Part shown: positions 1-7,949 of the stretch, piece by piece
How positions within the stretch are numbered: the stretch's first letter is position 1
How the letters are laid out: each line of letters begins with the position of its first letter
Origin: a virus
Taxonomy: Duplodnaviria; Caudoviricetes
IMG/VR virus record: IMGVR_UViG_3300025590_000020
Location: 1 to 39,759 of that record
Direction: 5' to 3' (one strand)
DNA: 39,759 nt
Notes under the pieces: model-generated
The model's input: the letters and a program-made list of their open reading frames with translations, nothing else
The model's database searches: none
Told to the model about the DNA's origin: nothing
Program-made: the position numbers and the translations under genes

Positions 1-195
1 ATCATCCAAGCGCTTGCAACCTTTAGGAACCAATTGAAAGCTAGGGGCGAAACAAAGGCCCTTCAGAATTTCGACTACATGTTGCAAACCACCCTTCAGG
101 ATCACGCGACGGGCAACAAGCCAACGCAGGAACCTAAGGCCCCCATCAAGGTTCCCAAGGTGAAAACCAAACCACAACAAGCGGCCATGATATAA
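1..195 (+). CDS. Partial hypothetical early protein (5' end outside window)
   Basis: Frame 1 is open from base 1 to TAA 193-195 (IIQALATFRNQLKARG...QQAAMI), and a terminator follows. Confidence 0.5.
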   Translation: MIQALATFRNQLKARGETKALQNFDYMLQTTLQDHATGNKPTQEPKAPIKVPKVKTKPQQAAMI

Positions 196-211
196 TGGGG
201 GTGATCAAAAG

Positions 212-226
212 GTTTACAATGTAAAC
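212..226. promoter_or_regulatory. Palindrome family A, copy 1 (GTTTACAaTGTAAAC)
   Basis: Perfect 7-1-7 inverted repeat; six copies in the window. Confidence 0.8.
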
Positions 227-258
227 GCCACCGCCTCCCAAACTACCTCCCTCAACTT

Positions 259-285
259 GGATCGCCTTCGGGCGGTCCTTTTTTT
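259..285 (+). terminator. Rho-independent terminator
   Basis: GGATCGCC-TTCG-GGCGGTCC hairpin with cUUCGg loop, then T7. Confidence 0.9.
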
Positions 286-320
286 GGGTTTTCGATCATT
301 CAAATTGAATTTGAGAAAAA

Positions 321-368
321 CCCTATCATCCCTATCATATTACCGCCTGAACGTCTTACCGCCTGAAC
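321..368 (+). repeat. Short direct repeats in early intergenic region
   Basis: CCCTATCAT x2 (321-338) and TTACCGCCTGAAC x2 (340-352, 356-368). Confidence 0.7.
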
Positions 369-434
369 CCATACCCTTGGGTTCTCTTGGGCTGCGTAGG
401 GTGGGTGTATGTATTACCCCAGAAAGATTACCCC

Positions 435-644
435 ATGCTTAAATCACAGCCTTTAAATATAAGTGGATGGTACGAAGGTGCGAACGGTGTTGAGCTGTTT
501 TATGTCCAAGGCGAGACGCTCCGTAAAGCGGCCCGTGCTTTAGTTGAATTAACTGATGGCGACTGTATCGGCGTAGACCTTGAGGCCACAGGCGAAGACG
601 GCGAGGACCTAACGCCAGATTTTGTACGCTTTTGTGGTGTTTGA
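435..644 (+). CDS. Small acidic hypothetical protein
   Basis: ORF track 387..644; ATG at 435 preferred because of purine-rich upstream sequence. Confidence 0.6.
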   Translation: MLKSQPLNISGWYEGANGVELFYVQGETLRKAARALVELTDGDCIGVDLEATGEDGEDLTPDFVRFCGV

Positions 645-673
645 TTGACATATCTCACTAGTGCAAGTAGATT
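645..673 (+). promoter_or_regulatory. Host sigma70-type early promoter with a family B operator (653-666) in its spacer
   Basis: TTGACA (645-650), 17 bp, TAGATT (668-673); spacer contains TCTCAC-TA-GTGCAA. Confidence 0.7.
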
Positions 674-730
674 AAACACATCACCTAAATTCAAACCTAC
701 TGTAAGCGTTGTGGCCACCACATTCGCAGC

Positions 731-745
731 GTTTACAGTGTAAAC
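731..745. promoter_or_regulatory. Palindrome family A, copy 2 (GTTTACAgTGTAAAC)
   Basis: Lies between the early promoter and ATG 762; flanks GCG...TC are shared with copy 3. Confidence 0.8.
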
Positions 746-761
746 TCTAAGGACTATCGCA

Positions 762-1418
762 ATGCCTAAGAAAACATATGAAAATAACCCATTCAACATT
801 GTAGGTTGCTACTTCAGCGCCTCAACTGAGGAAAAAGTAGCGGGTCTTAATTGGTACCCGAATGCAAAAGCAATTGCCTCACGGATTGGCGATATTGTTA
901 ACATCCGCGACGAGATTGTGGAGGGTGTAATAGCCGCCCTATCACCTAATGTCCGCTGGGAGCGTAATTGTAAAGACGCTGAGACCCTGTTGACGGCTAT
1001 GGTTTCTTCCCAATCAGACAGCACAGACTGGCGCGAGACTCGCTTAAGTGCTTACCCACTAAATCGTGAAAAAGCGTGTAAGATTCTTTCGGTCACTTAC
1101 TTTGGTATGGGTCCTGATCTTATTAATAATATCCGTAGCATACTGAACGGCAACAAAACTAAGGCGTTCTTTCAGTGCATTAATGACCCTGCGAACCCAA
1201 CGGCTGTTTGTGTTGATGGCCATGCCCGTAACATCTTTTATGGTTCCCGTGTTGCCCTTAAATCTAAATCAATGGGCGATAACGAGTATAATCACATTGC
1301 CAACGCCTATCGCGAGGCCGCTGATATTATTTCCAAAGCAGAGGACCGCAAAGTCCTTCCAATGGAGGTACAGGCCGTGACGTGGACCCACTGGCGTGTA
1401 CGACATGGCATTGCCTAA
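762..1418 (+). CDS. Conserved-looking phage early protein, possible HhH/DNA-glycosylase-like fold
   Basis: 218 aa with motifs WY, AALSP..WERN, KTKAF, VCVDGH, QAVTW; AAGGA RBS. Confidence 0.65.
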   Translation: MPKKTYENNPFNIVGCYFSASTEEKVAGLNWYPNAKAIASRIGDIVNIRDEIVEGVIAALSPNVRWERNCKDAETLLTAMVSSQSDSTDWRETRLSAYPLNREKACKILSVTYFGMGPDLINNIRSILNGNKTKAFFQCINDPANPTAVCVDGHARNIFYGSRVALKSKSMGDNEYNHIANAYREAADIISKAEDRKVLPMEVQAVTWTHWRVRHGIA

Positions 1419-1431
1419 AGATACCGACGGC

Positions 1432-1572
1432 ATGGGCTGGGAGCTACGGGACTTCCTATCAGATTTCCTTGGCCCAGCGCCTTCCAAAAATTACCCCGAA
1501 GACGAAACCAAGGCTCCTTTGCCTCACCGTGCGTGGAAACCTTCACACATTGGCGAAGAGCCTCCCTTTTAA
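1432..1572 (+). CDS. Small protein ending in GEEPPF (not in ORF track)
   Basis: 46 aa from ATG 1432 (in-frame TTG at 1411) to TAA 1570-1572; fills the gap between neighbouring genes. Confidence 0.5.
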   Translation: MGWELRDFLSDFLGPAPSKNYPEDETKAPLPHRAWKPSHIGEEPPF

Positions 1573-1573
1573 T

Positions 1574-1587
1574 TTGCATTAGTGTAA
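1574..1587. promoter_or_regulatory. Operator family B copy (TTGCAT-TA-GTGTAA)
   Basis: Degenerate match to TTGCAC-N2-GTGCAA, upstream of the wHTH gene. Confidence 0.5.
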
Positions 1588-1613
1588 GCTATGAAACAAC
1601 CTTAGGAATTAAC

Positions 1614-1838
1614 ATGACCAATAAAACACAAGTTCAGACACTTCTTCACCACTTCAAGCAAACCTCAACAATTACCGTCCGTGAAGCGGTGGTTGAATAT
1701 AGCATATCAAGTTTAACACGGCGCATCCGCGATCTACGCGAATTGGGACATAAGATTGTCTCTACTCACAAAACTCACCCTGTCACTGGGCAGCGCTACG
1801 TCCGTTACGTCTACATAAACCAAGTGAAGGGGGCTTAA
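1614..1838 (+). CDS. Small winged-helix DNA-binding protein
   Basis: ITVREA...SLTRRIRDLRELGHKI...RY pattern; TTAGGA RBS before ATG 1614 (track start 1533). Confidence 0.75.
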   Translation: MTNKTQVQTLLHHFKQTSTITVREAVVEYSISSLTRRIRDLRELGHKIVSTHKTHPVTGQRYVRYVYINQVKGA

Positions 1839-1888
1839 GACGTCTTTACTATCTGAAATTTACTACTAAATGAGAAATTACAGGCTTA

Positions 1889-2068
1889 ATGATGTTTATC
1901 AAAACCAAACGCATCGAACTATTCATATCAACTGACGATTCCGCGCCCTTGCTTCCTAGTATAGAGTATCATACTGGCACCAGTCGTGGATTTAGCATAA
2001 CTTTAGGAGGACTTTGGCTCTGTGCCAGTGTAAAAAAGAAAGATGAGAAATCTAAATCTAATCCTTGA
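1889..2068 (+). CDS. Possible 59-aa hypothetical protein (not in ORF track)
   Basis: ATG 1889 to TGA 2066-2068; fills the gap and overlaps the next gene. Confidence 0.35.
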   Translation: MMFIKTKRIELFISTDDSAPLLPSIEYHTGTSRGFSITLGGLWLCASVKKKDEKSKSNP

Positions 2069-2372
2069 TCAATTTAGGCACCATGACGACGGTGTCCGTG
2101 TAACCACAGTACAAGTGTTTATGGCCATTGCCTATAACGAGAGTACCAACGCAGCTCCTCTGATTATTTCTGATATTGTGGATAAGCTGCACATCACTAT
2201 GGCCTCAGCCTCACGCCATTGCAAAATGCTGTCCGAAACAAGACGGCAAGGCGATGAAGGTATGGCCTTAATTACCATCACCAGAGACGTTGCCTATGGT
2301 AACCGAAAAGTTCTTCTATTAACAAACAGAGGCAAGAAGTTGTTTCAAAACGTGAGTACGCTTCTTGAATAA
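2043..2372 (+). CDS. MarR-like winged-helix transcriptional regulator (candidate repressor)
   Basis: ISDIVDKLHITMASASRHCKML helix-turn-helix; D...RKVLLLTNRGK wing; directly upstream of integrase. Confidence 0.8.
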   Translation: MRNLNLILDQFRHHDDGVRVTTVQVFMAIAYNESTNAAPLIISDIVDKLHITMASASRHCKMLSETRRQGDEGMALITITRDVAYGNRKVLLLTNRGKKLFQNVSTLLE

Positions 2373-2375
2373 ATA

Positions 2376-3374
2376 ATGACCGTATCAAAACGTGGATCAA
2401 AGTACCAAGCCTACATCTCTAGCAATGGTACAAGGGTTCGCAGGAGTTTTGATACCAAAGTTGATGCTTTGATTTGGGAAGAGCAAGCACGTGAAGCGCT
2501 TGTCTTGGGCAAAGACCTACCCACCCTATCATCTAAATTACCCTCTACTCAGTCGTGGACTCTTAAAGACGCTGGTGACCGTACTTATCAGGTTGCTTGG
2601 CGTGGGTCCCGTTCTGAAGCCAAGATGGTATATAACATGAACAGAGCACTTAAATTCTTTGGTTCTAAAATCCCTGTGAAAGACATTTCAACCGAGCTGA
2701 TTGATGAGTACATTCTTGAGCTCAAAAACCTCTCCAAATCCAATGCCACAATCAATCGACACTTAGCGGCATTGTCCAAGATGCTTACTGTATCTTTGGA
2801 GTACGATAAGATTGATAAAAAACCTAAACTGCGACGGCTTCAGGAGACTAAATGGCGCATGCGCTGGCTCACTGAAGACGAAGTGGTTGCGCTAATCAAT
2901 AAAGCTGAATATTTAGGTTATAATGACCTGATGGATGCTATTGTAATTGCCGTGGACACTGGTATTCGTGCAGGAGAATTACATGCGTTGAAAACAGACA
3001 GCATGCGAGACGGTGGGTTACTAGTTGATGGCAAGAACCACGACTGGCGATCCATCCCCCTGACCAAGAGGGCTAAGGCTGTGATTGCTCGAAGGTGTCG
3101 AGCTCTTAGCGATAGTCCGCAGCCTGAGTACCTATTCCCCCGCGGATCGTGGTGGAGAAGTGGGTGGGAGCGTGTCAGGGGACTTTCAGGACTAGGCGAG
3201 GATGTGGTGTGGCACACGCTCCGGCATACTTTTGCATCCCGCCTAGTGCAAAAAGGGGCCCCCTTACAGGTGGTCCAAGCCTTAATGGGTCACAAGACGA
3301 TCCAGACCACCATGAAGTATGCCAAGATTTCCCCTCTAAACTCGCAAAATGCGATTGCTTCTTTGGAACAGTAG
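2376..3374 (+). CDS. int: Tyrosine recombinase / phage integrase
   Basis: Catalytic set TGIRAGE, K, HTLRH, LMGH, TMKY; basic N-terminal arm-binding-like domain. Confidence 0.96.
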   Translation: MTVSKRGSKYQAYISSNGTRVRRSFDTKVDALIWEEQAREALVLGKDLPTLSSKLPSTQSWTLKDAGDRTYQVAWRGSRSEAKMVYNMNRALKFFGSKIPVKDISTELIDEYILELKNLSKSNATINRHLAALSKMLTVSLEYDKIDKKPKLRRLQETKWRMRWLTEDEVVALINKAEYLGYNDLMDAIVIAVDTGIRAGELHALKTDSMRDGGLLVDGKNHDWRSIPLTKRAKAVIARRCRALSDSPQPEYLFPRGSWWRSGWERVRGLSGLGEDVVWHTLRHTFASRLVQKGAPLQVVQALMGHKTIQTTMKYAKISPLNSQNAIASLEQ

Positions 3375-3400
3375 AGGGTATATCTACGGCCTATCTAGCC

Positions 3401-3440
3401 TGTGGCGTAAGCTGTGGCGCTAGTGGCCTTCAGTGGCGTT
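3401..3440 (+). repeat. GTGGC(G) repeat cluster, candidate left integrase arm sites
   Basis: GTGGC at 3402, 3414, 3423 and 3433; GTGGCGTAAG recurs at 3777. Confidence 0.6.
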
Positions 3441-3524
3441 GCCCGTGTGATGGAATGGTAGACATAACAGACTTAAAATCTGTGGCCTTCGGGCGTGCCG
3501 GTTCGAGTCCGGCCACGGGTACCA
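3441..3524 (+). tRNA. tRNA-Leu (anticodon TAA) with encoded CCA
   Basis: Acceptor GCCCGTG/CACGGGT, D arm, ACAGA-CTTAAAA-TCTGT, long variable arm GCC-TTCG-GGC, GCCGG-TTCGAGT-CCGGC, A-CCA. Confidence 0.96.
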
Positions 3525-3626
3525 TTATGAAAACAAATACTTTTCCAGTCTTGGTGAAGTAGACTTGACAGTAGATATTTACTGTTTATGAGTGCTTAAA
3601 TACAATAACGCCCACAACCCCACGGG

Positions 3627-3637
3627 AGACTTAAAAT
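3627..3637 (+). other. Candidate attP core, duplicate of the tRNA-Leu anticodon loop
   Basis: AGACTTAAAAT is identical to 3469-3479 and lies between two arm-like repeat clusters. Confidence 0.55.
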
Positions 3638-3651
3638 GTCCTGCTACCTCC

Positions 3652-3665
3652 TATCACCTGTGCAA
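3652..3665. promoter_or_regulatory. Operator family B copy (TATCAC-CT-GTGCAA)
   Basis: Match to family B within the int-RNAP intergenic region. Confidence 0.55.
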
Positions 3666-3704
3666 GTGTACGCCGCTTCCCTTATTTATATGGCAACTCC
3701 TCGC

Positions 3705-3719
3705 GTTTACAGTGTAAAC
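3705..3719. promoter_or_regulatory. Palindrome family A, copy 3
   Basis: GTTTACAgTGTAAAC upstream of the RNAP gene. Confidence 0.8.
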
Positions 3720-3727
3720 TCAGACAC

Positions 3728-3741
3728 TCTCACATGTGCAA
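3728..3741. promoter_or_regulatory. Operator family B copy (TCTCAC-AT-GTGCAA)
   Basis: Nearly identical to 653-666 and also followed by TAGAT. Confidence 0.65.
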
Positions 3742-3755
3742 TAGATTTCAGGTTT

Positions 3756-3795
3756 CACGCCACACCTCAGACTGTGGTGGCGTAAGTAGTGGTGT
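3756..3795. repeat. GTGG(C/T)G repeat cluster, candidate right integrase arm sites
   Basis: Inverted CACGCCACAC at 3756-3765; direct copies at 3774, 3777 and 3789. Confidence 0.55.
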
Positions 3796-3797
3796 CC

Positions 3798-3814
3798 AAT
3801 AAATGCCACTATCG
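3798..3814 (+). promoter_or_regulatory. Putative phage RNAP promoter
   Basis: AATAAATGCCACTATCG; consensus AATAAA-N3-CACTAT(A/C)G shared with 6349 and 17303. Confidence 0.6.
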
Positions 3815-3862
3815 CCCTAGGTCCCCCAAACATACCTATAGTAACCTTAAGGATACCATCAC

Positions 3863-6316
3863 ATGACTGACCTCTTGGAGAAACAGAGACAGCTTGAACT
3901 GCAGATGCACCAACTAGGTGTTGAAGCTTACCGAAAGAACGTAAACAAAAGCTTACAAAGCCAAGCCGAAAGCAACACTGCTTATGGTGTGATATTACTT
4001 AAGAAGTCTGTTGATGATGTATCTGCAGGCATTACCGAGTTTGTGACTACAGCCCTATCAGGGGCGACTACTAAAGCCGCTTACTCTGCTGTGACTCTGA
4101 ACAAGTTTGATCCAGAGATTGCAGCTTACATTGCACTAAAGAAATGTGTGGACAGCGTATCGACAACGACAACTTTGACACGTCTTGCAATGGGTCTGGC
4201 AAGTGCCCTTGAGGATCAGTTCAAATTAGAATTTGTGAAAGATCAAGACGGGTTTGTCTTTTCAAAGATTTACAAGAACGTAACACGCAAGACGACTAAC
4301 CGTTATTACCGCCGTTACAACATGCTTAGAGAGTTTGGGCGTCTTGAGCTTACCATGACGAATGCTTGGACAAAGCAGGAAAAGATGTCGGCAGGTGTTA
4401 AGCTTATTGATCTTGTCATTCAGCACACAGGTTTGATCAAAGTCGAAAAGCATTCGATGGGTCGCAACAAAACAGTGATGTTTGTACGGGCTACCGAAAA
4501 AACTTTGGACTGGATTAAGCAGGTAAATGAACGAGGTGAAAACCTTAACACTTCCTACATGCCCTGCTTGGTGCGTCCTAAGGAATGGACCACACCCGTT
4601 AACGGAGGTTACTACACCCCAGAATTGTTCTCAGTTCCCATGATCAAGACTTCTAACCTAAATTACTTTCAGGACATGAAGCATTACCCAATGCCGGAAG
4701 AATATTCAGCGGTGAACACGCTTCAGGGTACTAAGTTTGCAGTAAACAAAGAAGTGCTAGAGGTGATGCGTCATTGTTGGGACAGCGGACAGTCATGGGC
4801 TGGCTTACCGTCTAAATACGACAACCCTGTGCCTCCTTTCCCCTTTAGTCCTGATGTAGATACCAAAGCGCTGGGCGAGGCTGATCAGATACGTTTTAAG
4901 GATTGGAAAAAGGCTGCAACACGTGTGTACCAGTTCAATGCACGTGCTTTGTCTAAACGTATTGCCACCGAGCGCACCCTAAAGGTGGCCGAGCAGTTTT
5001 CTAAGGAGGATAGCTTTTACTTTGTTTATCAGAATGATTTCCGGTTCAGAAAGTATGTCTGCAGTACCTTTCTTAGCCCACAAGGCAGTGATCCCACCAA
5101 ATCGTTACTACACTTCTCTCAGGGGCGTCCTTTAGGCGACAGAGGTGCTTTCTGGTTAGGCATACAGGGTGCCAATACTTTTGGTAACGATAAGGTGACC
5201 CTTCTAGAGCGTTATGAATGGTCTGAGGCGAATACGGACAAGATTGTTGCTTGTGCTAATGACCCCCTGACTAACACCCTTTGGACCCAAACAGATAAGC
5301 CTTGGCAGTTCTTGGCATTCTGTTTTGAGTGGAAAGGCTACAAAGAGGAGGGGACTTCTTACCTTTCACGCCAGCCTATTGCCCTTGATGGCTGCAACAA
5401 CGGTATCCAGCATCTTAGTGCCCTTGCACGTGACGAGCGTGGTGGCGCTGCTACTAACCTTATACCCAGCGAACGTCCTAATGATATTTACCAAGAGGTG
5501 GCTGATGTTTGTCTTAGGGCTCTTGAGGCCCGCAAAGATGATAGGATGGCGCAGCTTTGGCTGGACTTCGGGGTAACTAGGAAAACCTGTAAGCGTCCAG
5601 TCATGGTGGTACCCTATGGGGGAAAGATGTTTAGCTGTCGTGGTTACATCGAGGAATACATTCACGATCAACTGGAAGCCGGGAAGCCTGATCTTTTCGA
5701 AGGTAAGTATTTTGAAGCATCCAACTACCTAGCTCATATCTTATGGGAAGCGATCAGCGAAGTGGTGGTCTCAGCCCGTGAGGTTATGAATTGGATACAG
5801 AGTGTAAGTGGTCTTCTAAGTAAAGAGGGCTTGCCTACGTCTTGGACATCACCCTCAGGTGCCTACGTCACTCAGTTTTACGAACAGGTAACCAGTAAGC
5901 GCATCAACACCCACATTGATGGTACTTTAATTAAGCCACAATTTAGAGAACCAAAGGAAGGTACAATAGACAAGCGCCGCAGTGTGAATGGTAGCTCTCC
6001 AAATTTCATTCACAGCCTAGATGCTGCGGCCATGACAAAAACAGTTAACATATGTCACCAACAAGGCTTGTCTGATTTCTGCATGATCCACGACAGTTAT
6101 GCAGTACATGCTGGACAGCTAGGCGATGGCCAAAATTGCACTGACATCTTATTTGATGCCCTGCGTGAGGCTTTTGTGGATATGTACGAGACCAACGATC
6201 CCTTGGAAAATTTCAGACAAGCAGCTTTAGAGGTTTTGGACGAAGTTCCTGAACCGCCTAAACGCGGTAATCTAGACATAAGAGGTGTACTGAAGAGCGA
6301 GTTCTTCTTCAGTTAA
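3863..6316 (+). CDS. T7-type single-subunit RNA polymerase (gp1-like)
   Basis: 817 aa; motif A DGCNNG, motif B RKTCKRPVMVVPYG, motif C HDS, PNFIHSLD, C-terminal FFFS. Confidence 0.98.
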   Translation: MTDLLEKQRQLELQMHQLGVEAYRKNVNKSLQSQAESNTAYGVILLKKSVDDVSAGITEFVTTALSGATTKAAYSAVTLNKFDPEIAAYIALKKCVDSVSTTTTLTRLAMGLASALEDQFKLEFVKDQDGFVFSKIYKNVTRKTTNRYYRRYNMLREFGRLELTMTNAWTKQEKMSAGVKLIDLVIQHTGLIKVEKHSMGRNKTVMFVRATEKTLDWIKQVNERGENLNTSYMPCLVRPKEWTTPVNGGYYTPELFSVPMIKTSNLNYFQDMKHYPMPEEYSAVNTLQGTKFAVNKEVLEVMRHCWDSGQSWAGLPSKYDNPVPPFPFSPDVDTKALGEADQIRFKDWKKAATRVYQFNARALSKRIATERTLKVAEQFSKEDSFYFVYQNDFRFRKYVCSTFLSPQGSDPTKSLLHFSQGRPLGDRGAFWLGIQGANTFGNDKVTLLERYEWSEANTDKIVACANDPLTNTLWTQTDKPWQFLAFCFEWKGYKEEGTSYLSRQPIALDGCNNGIQHLSALARDERGGAATNLIPSERPNDIYQEVADVCLRALEARKDDRMAQLWLDFGVTRKTCKRPVMVVPYGGKMFSCRGYIEEYIHDQLEAGKPDLFEGKYFEASNYLAHILWEAISEVVVSAREVMNWIQSVSGLLSKEGLPTSWTSPSGAYVTQFYEQVTSKRINTHIDGTLIKPQFREPKEGTIDKRRSVNGSSPNFIHSLDAAAMTKTVNICHQQGLSDFCMIHDSYAVHAGQLGDGQNCTDILFDALREAFVDMYETNDPLENFRQAALEVLDEVPEPPKRGNLDIRGVLKSEFFFS

Positions 6317-6331
6317 AACTTACATATCTAC

Positions 6332-6345
6332 TTGCACAAGTGAGA
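6332..6345. promoter_or_regulatory. Operator family B copy (TTGCAC-AA-GTGAGA)
   Basis: 6326-6345 matches the reverse complement of 653-672 at 19 of 20 positions; abuts a phage promoter. Confidence 0.7.
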
Positions 6346-6348
6346 GCA

Positions 6349-6365
6349 AATAAAGGACACTATAG
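6349..6365 (+). promoter_or_regulatory. Putative phage RNAP promoter for the replication block
   Basis: AATAAAGGACACTATAG; 3' end matches the SP6 promoter end GACACTATAG. Confidence 0.7.
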
Positions 6366-6389
6366 TCCTACCCAACAGAGAGGCATCAA

Positions 6390-6515
6390 ATGAACGATAT
6401 AGCAGTAGCAATAGTCCTGCTTAAGAGACACCAGCATTTGCCTTTGGATTTAGCCGCCAAGCTTTTAGCCCAAGGCATAGACGTAACCGCGCTTGAAAAG
6501 AAATATGGCGCTTAG
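6390..6515 (+). CDS. 41-aa hypothetical protein (not in ORF track)
   Basis: GAGAGG RBS; MNDIAVAIVLLKRHQHLPLDLAAKLLAQGIDVTALEKKYGA; first ORF after the phage promoter. Confidence 0.7.
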   Translation: MNDIAVAIVLLKRHQHLPLDLAAKLLAQGIDVTALEKKYGA

Positions 6516-6529
6516 TTTACACTGTAAAC
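6515..6529. promoter_or_regulatory. Palindrome family A, copy 4
   Basis: GTTTACAcTGTAAAC just upstream of the SSB RBS. Confidence 0.8.
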
Positions 6530-6549
6530 ACTAACCAACGAGGTAACAC

Positions 6550-7182
6550 ATGGTAGTAAAACAAACACCTAAAGGCTCCGCACTTTGGGCTAAACTCTTT
6601 CGTCCTGATACGAAATTTGATGCAGACGGAGTTTACTCTATTAAGCTTCGACTCCCTAAGGACCAAGCTGGCGCAACCACCGATTATATCAATCAGGTTA
6701 TGACAGAAAGCCTAGCGACGGCGAAGGAAGAGAACCCTACCAAGAAGGGCTCGATCAAGTCAGGCAACCCTCCATACACAGATGTGTTTGATGAACAGGG
6801 TAATGAAACTGGCGAGGTTGAATTTAACTTTAAACAGAAAGCTGTAATCAAAACTCGACGCGGCACGATGGAAAAGAAACCAGCAGTATTTGATGCTAAA
6901 GGTAAACCCATCGTTGAAGAAGTAGACGTAGGCAACGGCTCCACAGTCAAAGTTGCGTATGAGGCTATCCCTTACTACACAGCGATTGCTGGTGCAGGTG
7001 TGTCTCTACGACTAACGGCTGTCCAACTAGTAACACTAGTGCAAGGAGGCGGCGGCTTTGGCAGCTTCAAGTTCGAGGAAGAGGAAGGTTATGAGTTTTC
7101 AGAAAGCGACGTAAAGCAAACCGATGAAATCTTTACCGAAGGCGACAATACTGAAGACACCACTGAAGACGGGGACTTCTAA
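6550..7182 (+). CDS. ssDNA-binding protein (T7 gp2.5-like)
   Basis: TPKG, PDTKF, VGNGS, GVSLRL.AVQ; acidic tail ending in Phe; GAGGT RBS. Confidence 0.93.
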   Translation: MVVKQTPKGSALWAKLFRPDTKFDADGVYSIKLRLPKDQAGATTDYINQVMTESLATAKEENPTKKGSIKSGNPPYTDVFDEQGNETGEVEFNFKQKAVIKTRRGTMEKKPAVFDAKGKPIVEEVDVGNGSTVKVAYEAIPYYTAIAGAGVSLRLTAVQLVTLVQGGGGFGSFKFEEEEGYEFSESDVKQTDEIFTEGDNTEDTTEDGDF

Positions 7183-7543
7183 AGAGACCAAGTTCAGGTC
7201 AGGCTTAGAGCTACATATTGCGCGAGACTTAGATAAGTCCACAAAGGAATACCTGTATGAACAGGAGAAGTTTCCTTACACAGTAGAGCGTACATATTTG
7301 GCAGACTTTGTCTTACCAAACGGCATCGTTATCGAGGCCAAGGGCTGGTTTAAATCTGCTGACCAAAGGAAAATGAGAAACCTAAAGGAACAGTACCCAG
7401 ACCGAGACATTCGGTTTGTGTTCCAACGTCTCGAATCCAAAGTTCAAGGAAGCACTATGACATGCCGCAAGTGGTGTGAGCGTTACGGCTTCCTGTACGC
7501 AGAAGGTTATATCCCAAAGGAATGGATAAATGAGAAAAATTGA
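7124..7543 (+). CDS. Endonuclease I / Holliday junction resolvase (gp3-like)
   Basis: FRSGLE, Y.ADF.LPNGI.IEAKG, DIRFVF, IPKEW. Confidence 0.95.
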   Translation: MKSLPKATILKTPLKTGTSKETKFRSGLELHIARDLDKSTKEYLYEQEKFPYTVERTYLADFVLPNGIVIEAKGWFKSADQRKMRNLKEQYPDRDIRFVFQRLESKVQGSTMTCRKWCERYGFLYAEGYIPKEWINEKN

Positions 7544-7949
7544 TCTTATTGCCGTCCACTGTTCGGCTACTAAGGCCGATCAGGAGTGCAACGCTGCTGT
7601 AATTGATAAATGGCATCGAGCACGTGGGTGGCGAAAGATAGGCTACCACATCGTGATTACCCGCGAGGGTATGGTGGAAAAAGGCCGAGCCTTAGAGGAA
7701 GTTGGTGCTCACATTAAAGGGCACAACACTCGAAGTGTCGGCATTTGTATGATTGGCGGACTAGACGAAAATGGTCAGCCTGAAAGCAACTTTACTAAGG
7801 AGCAATGGAAAACACTGGATGAGACCGTTGATGGGCTACTCGAACGGTTCGGAGACATTGAAGTCGCCGGACATAACGAGTTCTCCAACAAGGCTTGCCC
7901 GTGTTTCAATGTAAAAGAATGGCAGAGCAACAAGAATCCGAGTTCTTAA
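7530..7949 (+). CDS. N-acetylmuramoyl-L-alanine amidase (T7 lysozyme gp3.5-like)
   Basis: HCSAT, WH..RGW..IGYH, GAH.KGHN, GH, KACP Zn-ligand motifs. Confidence 0.95.
   Translation: MRKIDLIAVHCSATKADQECNAAVIDKWHRARGWRKIGYHIVITREGMVEKGRALEEVGAHIKGHNTRSVGICMIGGLDENGQPESNFTKEQWKTLDETVDGLLERFGDIEVAGHNEFSNKACPCFNVKEWQSNKNPSS

Noticed and set aside
3149-3562. 137-aa ORF in the track
   Set aside because: Overlaps the integrase catalytic region and the whole tRNA
3565-3593. TTGACA as a sigma70 -35 box for RNAP, with ACAGTA/TACTGT inverted repeat
   Set aside because: No convincing -10 at 16-18 bp; the inverted repeat is short and single-copy
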